A stretch of DNA of 64,000 nucleotides from an uncultured Chloroflexia bacterium (GCA_963832105.1 CAWHSS010000003.1:50046-114045); one strand, 5' to 3'; positions 10,130-21,316 are shown, counted from the stretch's first letter. The notes: generated by a model from the letters alone, not told the origin. Made by a program: numbers and translations.

Positions 10130-10991
10130 GTCGCGGCAGCCGCTCCACGCCATTTCGGACGAGACCCTTGGCGGTGCCCTGCGCGACCTGGGTTCGTCGC
10201 TGGCATTCCCCTCGGCGGGCGCACCGGGCCGCCCTGACCTGGCGACGATGGCGCGGGCTCGCATCGTCGAGCGCGGGATCCGCCCCTCGCAATCAGGCAC
10301 TCGCCGCTGGTTCGGCCTCGGGGTGCGGCCGATGCGTCGCAGCCTCGTCCTCGCGCTCGCGGCCCTCCTCGTGCTCGCCGCGATCGCCGGCGCGATCGGT
10401 CTTGGCCTGCCCGGGCTGCGGATCATCTTCGGCGACGTGCCGTCGCCGCGGCCCACCGCCAGCGCAACAGCACCGGGATCGGCGGGTCCGTCGGTGTCCC
10501 CATCGCCGTCTCCACTCGGCTCGGGCCTGGGTCTCGGGGCGGCGGTCACGCTCGCAACTGCGGAAGAACGCGCCGGGTTCGACCTCGTCCTGCCGCCGGA
10601 TCCGGCCATCGGCCCGCCCGACATCGCCTACGTCGTCGGCCAGCGGGTCAACCTCATCTGGGCGACCCGCCCCGGGATACCCGACACGGACGTGGACGGC
10701 GTCGGCCTGCTCATCAGCGAATTCGAGGGCCGGGTCGACCCGGGCCTCTACAACAAGATCATCGACAGCGGCTCGACGCTGACTCGTGTGACCGTCAATG
10801 GGTCGCAGGGCTGGTGGATCAGCGGAGCCCCGCACTTCTTCTACTACATCGATCCGAACGGCAAATCCGTCGAGGACAGCCATCGACAGGTCGGCGACAC
10901 GCTGATCTGGACGACCGGCGACGTCACCTATCGGCTCGAGTCGTCGCTCGGCATGGAGGCCGCGATCAGCCTGGCCGAATCGCTTCGCTGA
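10122..10991 (+). CDS. putative anti-sigma factor (single-pass membrane protein with an extracytoplasmic domain)
   Basis: ATGA overlap with the sigma stop. Cytoplasmic N-terminus, one TM (LVLALAALLVLAAIAGAIGLGL), a Pro/Ser linker, then a 150-aa C-terminal domain. Confidence 0.6.
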   Translation: MTESRQPLHAISDETLGGALRDLGSSLAFPSAGAPGRPDLATMARARIVERGIRPSQSGTRRWFGLGVRPMRRSLVLALAALLVLAAIAGAIGLGLPGLRIIFGDVPSPRPTASATAPGSAGPSVSPSPSPLGSGLGLGAAVTLATAEERAGFDLVLPPDPAIGPPDIAYVVGQRVNLIWATRPGIPDTDVDGVGLLISEFEGRVDPGLYNKIIDSGSTLTRVTVNGSQGWWISGAPHFFYYIDPNGKSVEDSHRQVGDTLIWTTGDVTYRLESSLGMEAAISLAESLR

Positions 10992-11034
10992 GGCGCCGGA
11001 ACCCGCCCCAGACCAGCGGTGTACTACGGATGAG

Positions 11035-12384
11035 ATGCGAAACGATCGAGCGCTTCCGCGAATCCTGATCGCCCTGGCGATTGCCGGCCTCGCCGGTTGT
11101 TCCGGGTCAGGCCCATCGCAGCGACCATCGCCTTCCGCCGTCGTTCCGGCGACAGCGCCTGCTCCCCCATCCGCTAAGGCGATCGACGAAGCCCACGACG
11201 CCTGGCTGGCAGTCGGTCGTCGAGGCGACGCCGGCGTCGAGGTGATCCTCGCCAGCACCGCCGAGAAGCTGATCGCCCTGCCCGTCGGCGTCCCCGACCA
11301 GACGTGGGGCAACCAGGTGAGCGCAACGTCAGACGGGTCGACCACGACTCTGACCTTCCTCGCCGTCCAACCCGGCTTCGGCGGCTGGAAGACCGAGGTC
11401 GACGGTGTCTGGCGCCTGCCGACGATCGGTCTCGAGCCGATTCCGGCCGGGGTCTCGGCCAACGTCGCCGAATCGCCGAACAAGTCGACGACCGTCCTCG
11501 TCGAGGACACGCGGGGCGGAACGCCCGGGACCACTCGGTTCGCCGTCGTCCGCCGTGACCCAATGGGCGGATCCGCATCGAGCGTCATCGAGCTGACCGG
11601 ATCGTTCGAATACGACGCGATCTCGCCCGACGGCTCGATCCTGTACGTCGTCGAGCATCTCGGCGGTGAGCCGGAGGGTCGCTATCAGGTCCGAGCGATC
11701 GACGTCGCGTCGGGCGTACTGCGGGACACGATCATCACCGACAAGCGCAACATTGGCGAGGAGATGGCCGGCTGGCCGATCGGTCAGCTCCGACGCCCCG
11801 ACGGCATGGTCTTCACGCTCTACCGCGGGGCCGAGCACCCGTTCATTCATGCGCTGAACACGACCGAGGCGTGGGCGGTCTGCATCGATCTGCCGGCTAT
11901 CCGAGCCGACGATGAGATGGCAGCGCTCGACTGGGGTCTCGCCGAGGCCCCGAACGGGCAGGCCGTCTATGCGGTCAACGCGACCCTGGGGCTCGCGGTG
12001 GACGTCGATCCGAGCGAGCTCAGGGTCCGCCGCACCGCCGCCCTCGGGCCCGTCGCGGCAGTGTCGATCGTCCTTGCCAAGTTCGGTCACTCAGATCTGG
12101 GTCCGGCCGGTCGGCGCGTCGTGATCGCCCCCGACGGCAAGACGATCTTTGCGGCGGGCTCGACCGGCATTCTCGTCGTCGATGCGGCCGGTCTCACGAA
12201 GAGTCGCGGCTTCCTGGAGGGGACCTCCGTCGGGGGCCTCGGATTGAGGCCGGATGGCGGGACGCTCTTCGCCCTCGAATCGGCGGGCGGGGAAATCGTC
12301 GCGCTCGATACCGGTTCCGGAGCGATCGTCGGGCGGGTACCGGCGGACGGATTCGACCGACTCGTCGCCGTCGCCCCCTGGTAG
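11035..12384 (+). CDS. secreted lipoprotein, predicted beta-propeller (YVTN/WD40-like repeats)
   Basis: Signal peptide with lipobox LAGCSG. Repeated ...DG..L/V.V..... blocks (SPDGSILYVVEH, APDGKTIFAAG, RPDGGTLFALES). Confidence 0.6.
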   Translation: MRNDRALPRILIALAIAGLAGCSGSGPSQRPSPSAVVPATAPAPPSAKAIDEAHDAWLAVGRRGDAGVEVILASTAEKLIALPVGVPDQTWGNQVSATSDGSTTTLTFLAVQPGFGGWKTEVDGVWRLPTIGLEPIPAGVSANVAESPNKSTTVLVEDTRGGTPGTTRFAVVRRDPMGGSASSVIELTGSFEYDAISPDGSILYVVEHLGGEPEGRYQVRAIDVASGVLRDTIITDKRNIGEEMAGWPIGQLRRPDGMVFTLYRGAEHPFIHALNTTEAWAVCIDLPAIRADDEMAALDWGLAEAPNGQAVYAVNATLGLAVDVDPSELRVRRTAALGPVAAVSIVLAKFGHSDLGPAGRRVVIAPDGKTIFAAGSTGILVVDAAGLTKSRGFLEGTSVGGLGLRPDGGTLFALESAGGEIVALDTGSGAIVGRVPADGFDRLVAVAPW

Positions 12385-12418
12385 TCGCTCTTCGCGGCCG
12401 ACTAACTCGTGTCGAGCG

Positions 12419-13868
12419 TCAGGCGACGAGTCCCGCGAGTGCATCCACGGCGTCGGCCGCCAGGTGGTCCCCGATCTCCTCGCGCATGATCGCCATCGCT
12501 CGATCCGGCGGCATCGCCGGCCGATAGGGCCGATCGGCCGACAGCGCCTCCCAGACGTCGGCGACCGCGACGATCCTCGCCCCGAGCGCGATCGATGGCG
12601 CCGTCAGGCCGCGGAAGTAGCCGCGCCCGTCGAGCCGCTCGTGATGGCACGCCGCGAGCTCCGCGACGGTGCTGAACGTTGGGATCTGCGACAGGATCCG
12701 CATGGGTCAGCTCCGGGTGCCGCTTGATGATCTCGAACTCGGCGGGCTCGAGGCGAGCCGGCTTGTCCAGGATCATGTTCGGGACGCCGAGCTTGCCGAT
12801 GTCGTGAAGGAGTCCCGCCCGCCGAACGTCGACGACGTCCTCGGCCGGGAGGCCCATTCGTGCCGCCACGCCACCTGCCAGCCCGGCCACTTGCTGCGAG
12901 TGGAGGCCGGTAAACGGGCTCTTCGCGTCGACGATGTCGGCGAAGGCGCCGGCGATCCGGTCGACGGCTGCGTCGTCGGCCAGTCGGATCACGCTGTCCG
13001 GCTCGAACGCCATCGTCCGCCCGACGAGGTCGGGGGCGGCGACGTCCTCGAGCAGGCCGCGGTTCGTCAGATCGAGCAGCACGCCGACGATCTCCGGGTC
13101 GTACCAGCGGCCACGCCGGTCGGCGAGGACCCGGACCGCCTCGGCCTTGCCCTGGGTCGAAACGAAGACGTCGAGGCCCGCGCACGCGGCGATGATCCGC
13201 CCGAACGGGTCGATCGCCTCGCCGCGAAGCCCGCGCGGGTGACCCCCGCCATCCCAGTGCTCGTGGACGTCGTGGACCGCCTTCGCGACCGGCTCGCCGA
13301 AACCGGCCTTTCGGGCGATCGTGGCGCCGCGCTCGCAGCGGATCTGCTCGATCGCGCGACGGGCCGTCCGCCCGGACAGCCCGATCCGGATGAGGCGCCG
13401 CAGCCGGAGCGGGAGCGGCTCGGCGTCGGGCAAGTTGCGGATCGTGAAGGCCGCGTAGGCGACGATCGACCGATCGATCGTGGCTTGTCGGCCCTTGAGG
13501 GCGATCTCGTCGACGCCGAAGATCTGCGTGATGGATGCCGCGTTCGACGAGCAGCCGGCATCCTTGAGGAAGGCCGCGAAGAACAGGGTCTCGCGATCCG
13601 CCTCGGACAGGCCGAGCGCGCCGGCGACTCGCATGGCGAGGAAGCACGTTCGGAGCGAGTGGCCGGGCAGCTGGCCTTCGGTCAGGTCGAGGGCCGTCGA
13701 CAGGGCCGCGAGCAGGCGGCCCGTCTGGATCGCCTCGCGGCCGACGAGCGAGAGGTCCGCCCGAGCCGGCGACGCGGATCGGACGGGATCGGACATCGTC
13801 GAGCCGTCGAGGTAGCGGATGACGAACGGGTCGACCGGATCGCCATCCGATCGGTGCGGGAGTGCCAT
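12419..13868 (-). CDS. tandem HD / HD-GYP domain protein (degenerate N-terminal HD plus canonical C-terminal HD-GYP); apparent frameshift near 12700
   Basis: First domain HDVHEHWDGGGHP. Second domain LLHDIGKLGVPNMILDKP...HHERLDGRGYFRGL (ORF 12419-12703). Start MALPHRS at 13868. Confidence 0.7.
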
Positions 13869-13929
13869 GGCTCGATGATCCGGGCTGGGCGCGCGATCCC
13901 GGACCCACCCGAAGGTCCGCCCGGCCGGA

Positions 13930-14714
13930 CTACTTCGTGTAGGCGCCGCCCGGATCCAGCTCTTCGCGGATGAGGCGCAGCTCCTCGTCGGTGGGCGCGG
14001 AGGTGGTCGCGATCGACGTCGGCGACCCGGAGCGGCCAGCCGATCGTCTCCTTGGCCCCGTCGAGCGTCGCGCCCGGGTGGAGCGAGTCGAGGCGCATCT
14101 CGCCGTCCTCGTCGAAGTGGTAGATGCCGAGGTCCGTGACGACGACCGTCGGGCCGCGCCCGAGCCAGCCCTGCTCGCGCCGGATCCGCTCGCTCTGCTC
14201 GGCGCCGCCGAGGTTGCCCGGGCTCGTCCGGAAGTCGATCTTCTCGACGAAGCTCCGGGTCGACTGGCGCATGATCACGAACACCTGGCGGGCGTTGATC
14301 GCGATCTCGCAGGCACCGCCGCTCCCCGGGAGACGCGTCTTCGGGGCGTCGTAGTCGCCGATCACGGTCGTGTTGATGTTGCCGAAGCGGTCGATCTGCG
14401 CCGCGCCGAGGAACCCGACGTCGATGAGGCCGCCCTGGAGGTAGAACGCGAAGAGCTCGAACATGCTCGTCACCGCGGTCGCGCCGGTCACGATCGTCGG
14501 GTCGCCGATGCTCAAGCGGGAGGCGGGCCGGCCGCGCTCCGAAGACCCCGGCCTCGTAGACGAGCTCGAGGTCCGGTGCCACGGTCCGCTTGGCGAGGTT
14601 GACCGCGATGTTCGGCAGGCCGACACCGACGAAACAGACATGCTGGCCGGCGAGCTCGCGCGCGGCCGCGACGATCATCATCTCGGACTGGGTGAAGGTC
14701 GTCGCGTCGTTCAA
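13930..14714 (-). CDS. CoA-transferase subunit B (3-oxoacid/glutaconate CoA-transferase family); at least 2 apparent frameshifts
   Basis: N-terminus TTFTQSEMMIVAAARELAGQHVCFVGVGLPNIAVNLA; middle SMFELFAFYLQGG...GSGGACEIA (ORF 13682-14641); C-terminus ...TDEELRLIREELDPGGAYTK* in a third frame. Confidence 0.7.
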
Positions 14715-14739
14715 CCTGCCCGCTCGTCCGCTGGCGGAC

Positions 14740-14930
14740 CGACGGGCGGGCCGAACGATCGAAGATCGGCCTACATTCGGACGCTCCTCCGCCGCCTCGT
14801 CCAGCCGACGGACGAACCGGCGGATGCGGGCCGAACGTCGTCGGACGACGACTCCTCCTCCGCTGGTTGGTCCGTGCTGGCGGGCCAGCGGGCGCGAGAC
14901 GGCCGACTCATCGGTACTCCCCGTAATCGA
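14740..14930. repeat. two copies of a REP-like hairpin element (same family as 225-400) in the CoA-transferase A/B intergenic spacer
   Basis: gtccgctggcggaccgacgggcgggccgaacgatcgaagatcggcc and ccgctggttggtccgtgctggcgggccagcgggcgcgagacggcc share the ggtccg...gctggcgg...acgggcg..acga core with the 71-bp tandem unit. Confidence 0.45.
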
Positions 14931-15842
14931 CGGACCCGGACGGTGCCGGCGCCGACGGCCGGAGCGAGTCGAGCCGCTCGGTTCCGAGCTTCTTCGCGTA
15001 GTCCGCACGCCCGCCCAGGTCGTAGACCCAGTCCCGCAGCCAGGCCTGGGTCTTCTCCTCGTCTCGGGAGATCGGATCCCAGTCGAGGTAGAAGCGGTTG
15101 TCCCGATCGTACGAGCCCTGGACGTACGAGGGGTGCGCGCCCCACGGCTCCTCGACGACCGCGTCGACGATCAGGCCCGGGATGATCGTCCGGTTAGGGT
15201 CGGCCCGGATCACCGCGTCGGGAACGACCTCCTCGACGACGACGATCACCCGATCGGCCGCGAAGGCCGCTTCCTTCTGGCAGCCGAGCAGGCCCCAGAC
15301 CTGGGTGTCGCCGCTCTCCGACGCGCGCTGGGCGTGGACGATCGTCACGTCCGGGCGGAGCGGCGGCACCGCGTAGACCTTCCCGTCGCCGTACGGCGAA
15401 TCGATCTCGCGGATGAGCGGGTTGACCTTCGGCAGGTCGGACTCGAAGTAGGAGCGGAGCGGGAAGAACGGCAGGTTCGCCGCTCCGGCCGTGTACCGCC
15501 CGACCATCCCGAAGTGGCTGTACTCCTCGACCTCGAGCGCCGCTCGCCCGTGGCGGCGACCGGCTCGGCCTCGATCCGGCGCCGGATCGCGTTCAGTCCG
15601 CCGACGCCCGGATTGCCGAGCCACGAGAAGATCAGCTTCCGGGCGACGCCGCCCGCGACCATCTGGTCGTAGATCACGTCGGGGGTCAGCCGGGCGAGCG
15701 TCAGGTCGCGCTTCCGCTGGCGAATGATCTCGTGACCCGCCGAGAAGCAGATCAGGTGGGTGAACCCCTCGATCGCGACCGTGTCGCCGTCGCGGACGAG
15801 GTCGCGGATCGCGTCCGCCATCGACGCGACTTTGGAAGTCAT
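14908..15842 (-). CDS. CoA-transferase subunit A; apparent frameshift about 15500-15560
   Basis: N-terminus MTSKVASMADAIRDLVRDGDTVAIEGFTHLICFSAGHEIIRQ (ORF 15345-15920); C-terminal half in ORF 14908-15624 (VYAVPPLRPDVTIVHAQRASESGD). Confidence 0.7.
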
Positions 15843-15870
15843 GAGCGCAGTATCGGGGAGCGGCGCAGCC

Positions 15871-17239
15871 TCAACCCGCCGCTTCGACGCCGGTGATCGC
15901 GTGGGCAGCCTCCGCGGCATCGTGGAGCTTGTGATGCTCGCCCGCCACGTCGCCGACGGCCTCGCCGAAGATTCGGAGCGCGGTCGCCATCTCGGCCTCC
16001 GAGACCGTCAGCGCCGGCGACATCCGGACCGACGTCTTGCCACATTCGAGGACGAGGAGGCCGCGCTGGAAGGCGGCCCACTGGACCTCCTCGGCGTGCT
16101 CGGCCGTGTCGAACTCGATCCCGATCATCAGCCCGCGGCCGCGGACGTCAGTGATGAGCCCCGCGAAGCGGCTCCTGAGCTGGCCGAGCCCGGCGAACGC
16201 CTGCTCCCCGCGGACCCGGGCGTTCTCGACGAGGCCGCCCTCGAGGAGGTCGATCGTCGCGAGGGCCGCGGCACACGCCACCGGATTGCCGCCGTACGTC
16301 GAGCCGTGCGCGCCCGGCCCCCACGATTTCGAGCAGGTCGGCCCGACCGATCAGCGCCCCCAGCGGCATCCCCGACGCGATCCCCTTGGCCGACAGCACG
16401 ACGTCCGGCTTCACGTCCCACTGCTCGGCGGCCCACATCGTCCCGGTCCGCCCGGCGCCCGACTGGATCTCGTCGAACACGAGCACGATGCCGTGGCGGT
16501 CGCAGATCTCGCGGAGGCCGGCGAGGAACCCGTCCTCGGGGACGACGTAGCCGCCCTCGCCCTGGATCGGCTCGACGATGATCGCGGCGACCTCGTTCGC
16601 CGGGGCGAGCTTGTCGAACAGGACGTCGTCGAACCAGCGGAGGTCCTCGACGCGCCCGAACGGCGCGTGGAAGACGCCCGGCAGGAGCGGCCCGAACCCG
16701 GCGTGGTACTTCGCCTTGGACGCGGTCAGCGAGACCGAACCGTACGACCGGCCGTGGAACGCGCCGAGGAACGCGACGACGTACGGCCGCTTCGTCGCGT
16801 GGCGGGCGAGCTTGATCGCGGTCTCGACGACCTCCGTCCCGCTGTTGCCGAGATAGACGCGGGCCTTGCCACCGGCGATCGGCGTGATCTCGGCCAGGCG
16901 TCGGCAGACCTCGGGGTAGATCGGCAGGTAGAAGTCGGACGCCGAGAAGTGGATCAGCTCGGCCGCCTGCTCCTTGATCGCGGCCACGACCTGCGGGTGC
17001 GAGTGGCCGGTCGAGTTGACGGCGATGCCGGCGGCGAAGTCGAGGAAGAGGTTGCCGTCGATGTCCTCGATCGTCAGGCCTTCACCGCGGACGGGGACGA
17101 TCGGGTAGGCCCGCGGGAGGCTCGGCGACGTCCACGTCTCGTCGAAGGCGACGTGGGCCCGGGCCTTCGGGCCGGGGAGCTCCGTGATGATGTCGGGAAC
17201 GGGTCGCGATTCGGCAAGTCGTGCGGGAACAGCGGCCAC
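15871..17239 (-). CDS. gabT: 4-aminobutyrate aminotransferase (class III); apparent frameshift about 16280-16330
   Basis: ELPGPKA near the N-terminus; LDFAAGIAVNSTGHSHPQVVAAI and DEIQSGAGRTG...SAKGIASG are close to E. coli and M. tuberculosis GabT. GTG start. C-terminal domain in ORF 15871-16281. Confidence 0.75.
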
Positions 17240-17900
17240 GTGGGCACCTCGAGCGCATAGGAAGTATGCAGACTGGATATTCGATCGGCAGTCTAGCAGA
17301 GGCTCCGACGCGCTCGAGGGCGGTTGCGAGGGTCAGGCCAGGCGACGCCGACGGTTCATCGGCAGCAGCTCCGACACCGAGGCCCGCGAGAAGCCCGAGC
17401 CCGCCGGCAGCGAGGTACGGGACGGGCGAGTTGTCGTCCGATGCCGGCGCGGCGGGCGTGGTCGCTGAGACCGGCGTGATGTCGGCCGCGTCGGCGGTAT
17501 CGGCCGCCCCGGCGGCGACCGGCGCTCCGACGACGACGACGCCGGCCATCCCAGGATGGAGGCTGCACGAGTACGGATAGACGCCCGCGGTCCGGAATCG
17601 GGTCACGTAGCTCGCGCCGACGCCGAGGCTCGCCGTGCCCCACTCGCGATTGCGACCGGTCACGTCATGAGGAGAAACGGACGTATTGAGGAATGTGACC
17701 TCGGCCCCGAGCGGGACGCGCGTCACCGACGGGGCAAACGTGCAGCCGTCGATCTTCACGACCGTCGCCGAGCCCTCCGTCGCGGTCGTCCCTTCACCGC
17801 CATGACAACCACCGCCCGCCAGCGCGACCCCGGCCGCGGCCCAACCAAGAACCAGGATGAATGGAAGGAGCGCGAGAGAGACAGCGATCGTGCGGCGCAT
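17082..17900 (-). CDS. secreted cupredoxin (plastocyanin/azurin-like type-1 copper protein); the 3' part of the ORF is probably read-through
   Basis: Signal peptide; Cu ligands in SPHDVT...YPYSCSLHPGM (His, Cys, His, Met). The last 70 aa are a translation of a low-GC intergenic-looking stretch (17250-17300) and overlap the gabT start, so the true stop is probably near 17300. Confidence 0.55.
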   Translation of the reverse strand: MRRTIAVSLALLPFILVLGWAAAGVALAGGGCHGGEGTTATEGSATVVKIDGCTFAPSVTRVPLGAEVTFLNTSVSPHDVTGRNREWGTASLGVGASYVTRFRTAGVYPYSCSLHPGMAGVVVVGAPVAAGAADTADAADITPVSATTPAAPASDDNSPVPYLAAGGLGLLAGLGVGAAADEPSASPGLTLATALERVGASARLPIEYPVCILPMRSRCPRGRCSRTTCRIATRSRHHHGAPRPEGPGPRRLRRDVDVAEPPAGLPDRPRPR

Positions 17901-17991
17901 CGGGTTGTCCTCCGAGGTTAGACGTTCGGTGTTGATACACCGGCCCCGCTTGAGAGGTTCCCGTTGGCTCGCTCAGCGTCCTGTCACCGCG

Positions 17992-19575
17992 CTAGTCGAC
18001 GACGGTGTGGCTCTGCTCGCGGAGGAACTGGGCTACGTAGTACATCGAGAGGCCGGCCTTGCCCGTTGAGCCCGAGCCCTTCCAGCCGCCGAACGCCTGG
18101 ACGCCCGGCCACGCACCGGTCGTCGCGCCGGCGCGGCGATTCACGTACGTGACGCCGGCCTCGATGTTGTCGAGGAACCGCTGGACCTCGCCGGGATCCT
18201 CGCTGTAGACGCCGGCCGTCAGGCCGTAGACGGAATCGTTCGCGAGGCGAAGTCCCTCGTCGAACGTGTCGACCGCGTGGACGGCGGTGAACGGCGCGAA
18301 GAGCTCGTCGCGGAACAGGCGATGGTCCGCCGGCAGGTCGCCGACGACCGTCGGCTCGACGTAGTAGCCGCGGTCCATCCCGCGGTCGGTCAGCCGCTCG
18401 CCACCGACGAACACCCGGCCGTCCTTGCGGGCATCGGCGACCGCGGCCTGGTGCCGATCGACCGCCTTCTGGTCGACGATCGGGCCGAGCCAGTTCTCGC
18501 GGAGCAGCGGGTCGCCGATCGTGATCGCCTCGGTCTTCTCGACGAGCAACCTGATCAGCTCGTCGTGGGCCGGCTTCTCGACGTAGACCCGCGAGTTGGC
18601 CGAGCACTTCTGCCCGCCGAACCCGAACGCGCTCCGGACGATGCCCTCGGCCGCCTCCTCGAGGTCGGCCGTCCGCGAGACGACCGCCGGGTTCTTGCCG
18701 CCCATCTCGACGATCGTCGGCTTCGGGAAGCGCTTCGAGAACGTCCGATACAGGTCCATCCCGACCTCGTACGAGCCGGTGAAGACGATCCCGTCGATGC
18801 CGTCGTTCTCGCGCAACTCGGCGCCGACGCTGTCGCCCGGGCCCATGACGAGGTTGACGACGCCGTCGGGGATGCCCGCATCGCGGTAGGCCTCGATCGA
18901 GCTTGACGCCCGACATCGGCGCGGCCGAGCTGACGGCTTGAAGACGACGGTGTTGCCGGCCATGAGCGCGGCCGCGGTCGGGCCGGCGGCGAGGGCCATC
19001 GGGAAGTTGAACGGGCTGATGACCGCGAAGACGCCGTGCGGTCGGAGGATCGAACGGGTGTGGACGGCCGCGTCGCCGAGGTTGTCCATCGGGTGGTCGT
19101 AGCCGTCGTTGTCCTCCATCGTCTGGGCGTAGTAGCGGAGCAGGTCGGCCGCCTCCTCGACCTCGCCGAGCGCCTCGAGCCGGTTCTTGCCGACCTCGAT
19201 CGCCATCAGCCCCGCGTACCGCATCTGGCGCTCGCTGATGAGATCGGCGGCCTTGCGAATGAGCTCGAGGCGGTCCTTCCACGGCTTCGCGGCCCAGGCC
19301 GGCTGGGCGCTGCGGGCGGCCTTGACCGCGTCGCGAACGTCCTCGCGGGTCCCGCGGGCGAAGTGCCCGAGGATGAGATTCCGATCGATCGGCGAGGCCA
19401 CGGTCATCTCGCCGTCGCCCGCCCGGTCGCGGCCGTTGACGACGTTCAGGTGGTGCCCACCGAGCTCCTTCTTGGCCTCTTCGAGGCCCGTCTCGTAGAG
19501 CTTGTGCAGCTCCTCGTTGTCGGCCCGAAGCGTGGCGTAGGTGATCTTGAGACGCGGCTTCGATTCGGTGGTCAT
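17992..19575 (-). CDS. rocA: L-glutamate gamma-semialdehyde (1-pyrroline-5-carboxylate) dehydrogenase, RocA/PruA-type aldehyde dehydrogenase
   Basis: Intact 527-aa ORF. AIEVGKNRLEALGEVEEAADLLRYYAQ and C-terminal GAWPGVQAFGGWKGSGSTGKAG align with Bacillus RocA. ALDH catalytic Cys (FGFGGQKCSA) and Glu (EMGGKN) present. Confidence 0.85.
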   Translation of the reverse strand: MTTESKPRLKITYATLRADNEELHKLYETGLEEAKKELGGHHLNVVNGRDRAGDGEMTVASPIDRNLILGHFARGTREDVRDAVKAARSAQPAWAAKPWKDRLELIRKAADLISERQMRYAGLMAIEVGKNRLEALGEVEEAADLLRYYAQTMEDNDGYDHPMDNLGDAAVHTRSILRPHGVFAVISPFNFPMALAAGPTAAALMAGNTVVFKPSARPRRCRASSSIEAYRDAGIPDGVVNLVMGPGDSVGAELRENDGIDGIVFTGSYEVGMDLYRTFSKRFPKPTIVEMGGKNPAVVSRTADLEEAAEGIVRSAFGFGGQKCSANSRVYVEKPAHDELIRLLVEKTEAITIGDPLLRENWLGPIVDQKAVDRHQAAVADARKDGRVFVGGERLTDRGMDRGYYVEPTVVGDLPADHRLFRDELFAPFTAVHAVDTFDEGLRLANDSVYGLTAGVYSEDPGEVQRFLDNIEAGVTYVNRRAGATTGAWPGVQAFGGWKGSGSTGKAGLSMYYVAQFLREQSHTVVD

Positions 19576-19620
19576 CTGGAGGGAACCTCGGTTGGGCGGA
19601 AGGTCTGGGAAATGGGTCGT

Positions 19621-20472
19621 TCAGTCTAGCGCGGCCACGATCTCGACCAGCGATTCGGCGACGGCCGTCGGGCGCGTGCCGACCGGCCCGGCCATGGCGG
19701 CTTGCGCCGCGCGCGTCGTCGACCTTGCCGGTGAGCACGAGGATCCCGCGCATGCCGACATCGAGGGCGCCGCGCGATGTCCGCGATCGGGTCGTCCCCG
19801 ACCATGGCCACGTCGTTCGGCTCGAGGCGCTCGACGCCGAGGTCCGCCGCAAGGCCGGCCAACGCCTGTTCGAAGACGACCGGCGATGGCTTGCCACAGA
19901 CCACGGGCGTCCGGCCGGTCGCGACCTCGAGGCCCGCGACAAACGCACCCGCGTCGATCGTCTCGCCACGCGGCGTCAGCCACCACGGGTTGCGGTGCAT
20001 CGCCACGAACTCCGCGCCGCGCCGGATCGCCCGGAACGCGACGTTCATGTTGCGGTAGCTGAGCTCGTCGCCGCCATCGCCGATGACGACGGCGGCCAGC
20101 TCACCCGGCGCGGCGGCGTCGGCCTCGTCCGCCGACACGAGCGTCTGCCCGTCGAACTCGCGCAGCGCGTCGGGGGCGGAGATCACGAAGAGGCGGCCGC
20201 CCGGCGTGATGGCTCGCGGTGTATGCGGCGGCCGCGGAGGCGGCCGTGATGAACTGCTGGGCGGGCACGGCGCCGTCCCCGAACCGCGCCGACAGCGTCT
20301 CGCGATGGGCCGCCGAGAAGTTCGTGACGATCCGGAACGGGATCCCGATTCTCGCGAGCCGCGCGAGCGCATCGGCCGCCCCGGGCAGCAGCTCGCCCTT
20401 GAAGACGATCACGCCGTCGGCGTCGAGAACGAACCCGCGGACGCCCGCGAGTGCCTTCGAGAGATCGGTCAT
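19621..20472 (-). CDS. HAD-superfamily subfamily IIA hydrolase (NagD-like sugar phosphatase); 2 apparent frameshifts
   Basis: N-terminus FVLDADGVIVFKGELLPGA (motif I DxDG); middle in ORF 19626-20372 (GKPSPVVFE...VAMVGDD); C-terminus GILVLTGK... in a third frame. Confidence 0.65.
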
Positions 20473-20512
20473 CGCGTCATGCTAGGTCGTATGCTCCGAC
20501 CGGGAGGTGCTG

Positions 20513-21294
20513 ATGGGCCTGCTTGACGGCAAGACCGCGCTGATCTTCGGCGTCGCGAACGATCACTCGATCGCCTGGGGGATCGCCCAGGCCTTTCACG
20601 CCGAGGGCGCGACGATCGGCTTCTCGTCGGTCGAATCGCTGATCGAGCGACGCGTCCGGCCGCTCGCCGAGTCGATCGGATCGACGTTCATCGAGCCGTG
20701 CGACGTCCAGGACGACGAGCAGATCAAGCGGGTCTTCGCGAAGTGGGCCGAAACGCACGATTCGCTCGACATCCTCGTCCACGCCCTCGCCTTCGCCAAG
20801 CGCGAGGACCTCGAGGGCGGCTTCACCGACGACGTCCCGCGAGGGCTTCGCGCTCGCCCTCGACGTGTCCGCCTACTCGCTCGTGGCCCTGACCCGCGAG
20901 GCGCGGCCGCTCCTGCGACCCGGATCCTCGATCCTGACGCTGACCTACTACGGCGCGGAGAAGGTCGTCGCGAACTACAACGTCATGGGCGTCGCCAAGG
21001 CCGCGCTCGAGGCGTCCGTTCGCTACCTGGCCGCGGATCTCGGGCCGGACGGCATCCGGGTGAATGCGATCTCAGCGGGCCCGATCCGGACGCTCGCGGC
21101 GGCAGGCATCGCCGGCTTCAAGAAGATGTACGGATCATTCGCCGAGACCGCGCCGCTGCGGGCGAACATCACGCCTGAGGACGTCGGGCGGGCGGCCGTC
21201 TTTCTCGCGTCCGACCTGTCGCGGCGCGGTGACCGGCGAGGTCATCTACGTGGACGGTGGGTTCAACGTCGTCGGGGTGCCGGTCGCGGACTGA
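20513..21294 (+). CDS. fabI: enoyl-[acyl-carrier-protein] reductase (NADH); 2 apparent frameshifts
   Basis: [33 protein letters not shown] (Rossmann motif); [29 protein letters not shown] (catalytic Y-x6-K); C-terminus [23 protein letters not shown] 6 bp upstream of the ATG at 20513. Confidence 0.8.
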
Positions 21295-21316
21295 CCGGCG
21301 GGCGCGTTGGTCGGCG

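Noticed and set aside
12402-15008. 868-aa ORF on the minus strand
   Set aside because: It is a chimeric read-through. Protein-like segments belong to the HD-GYP gene and the CoA-transferase B gene, joined by Arg/Pro-rich off-frame translation across frameshifts. It is not one protein.
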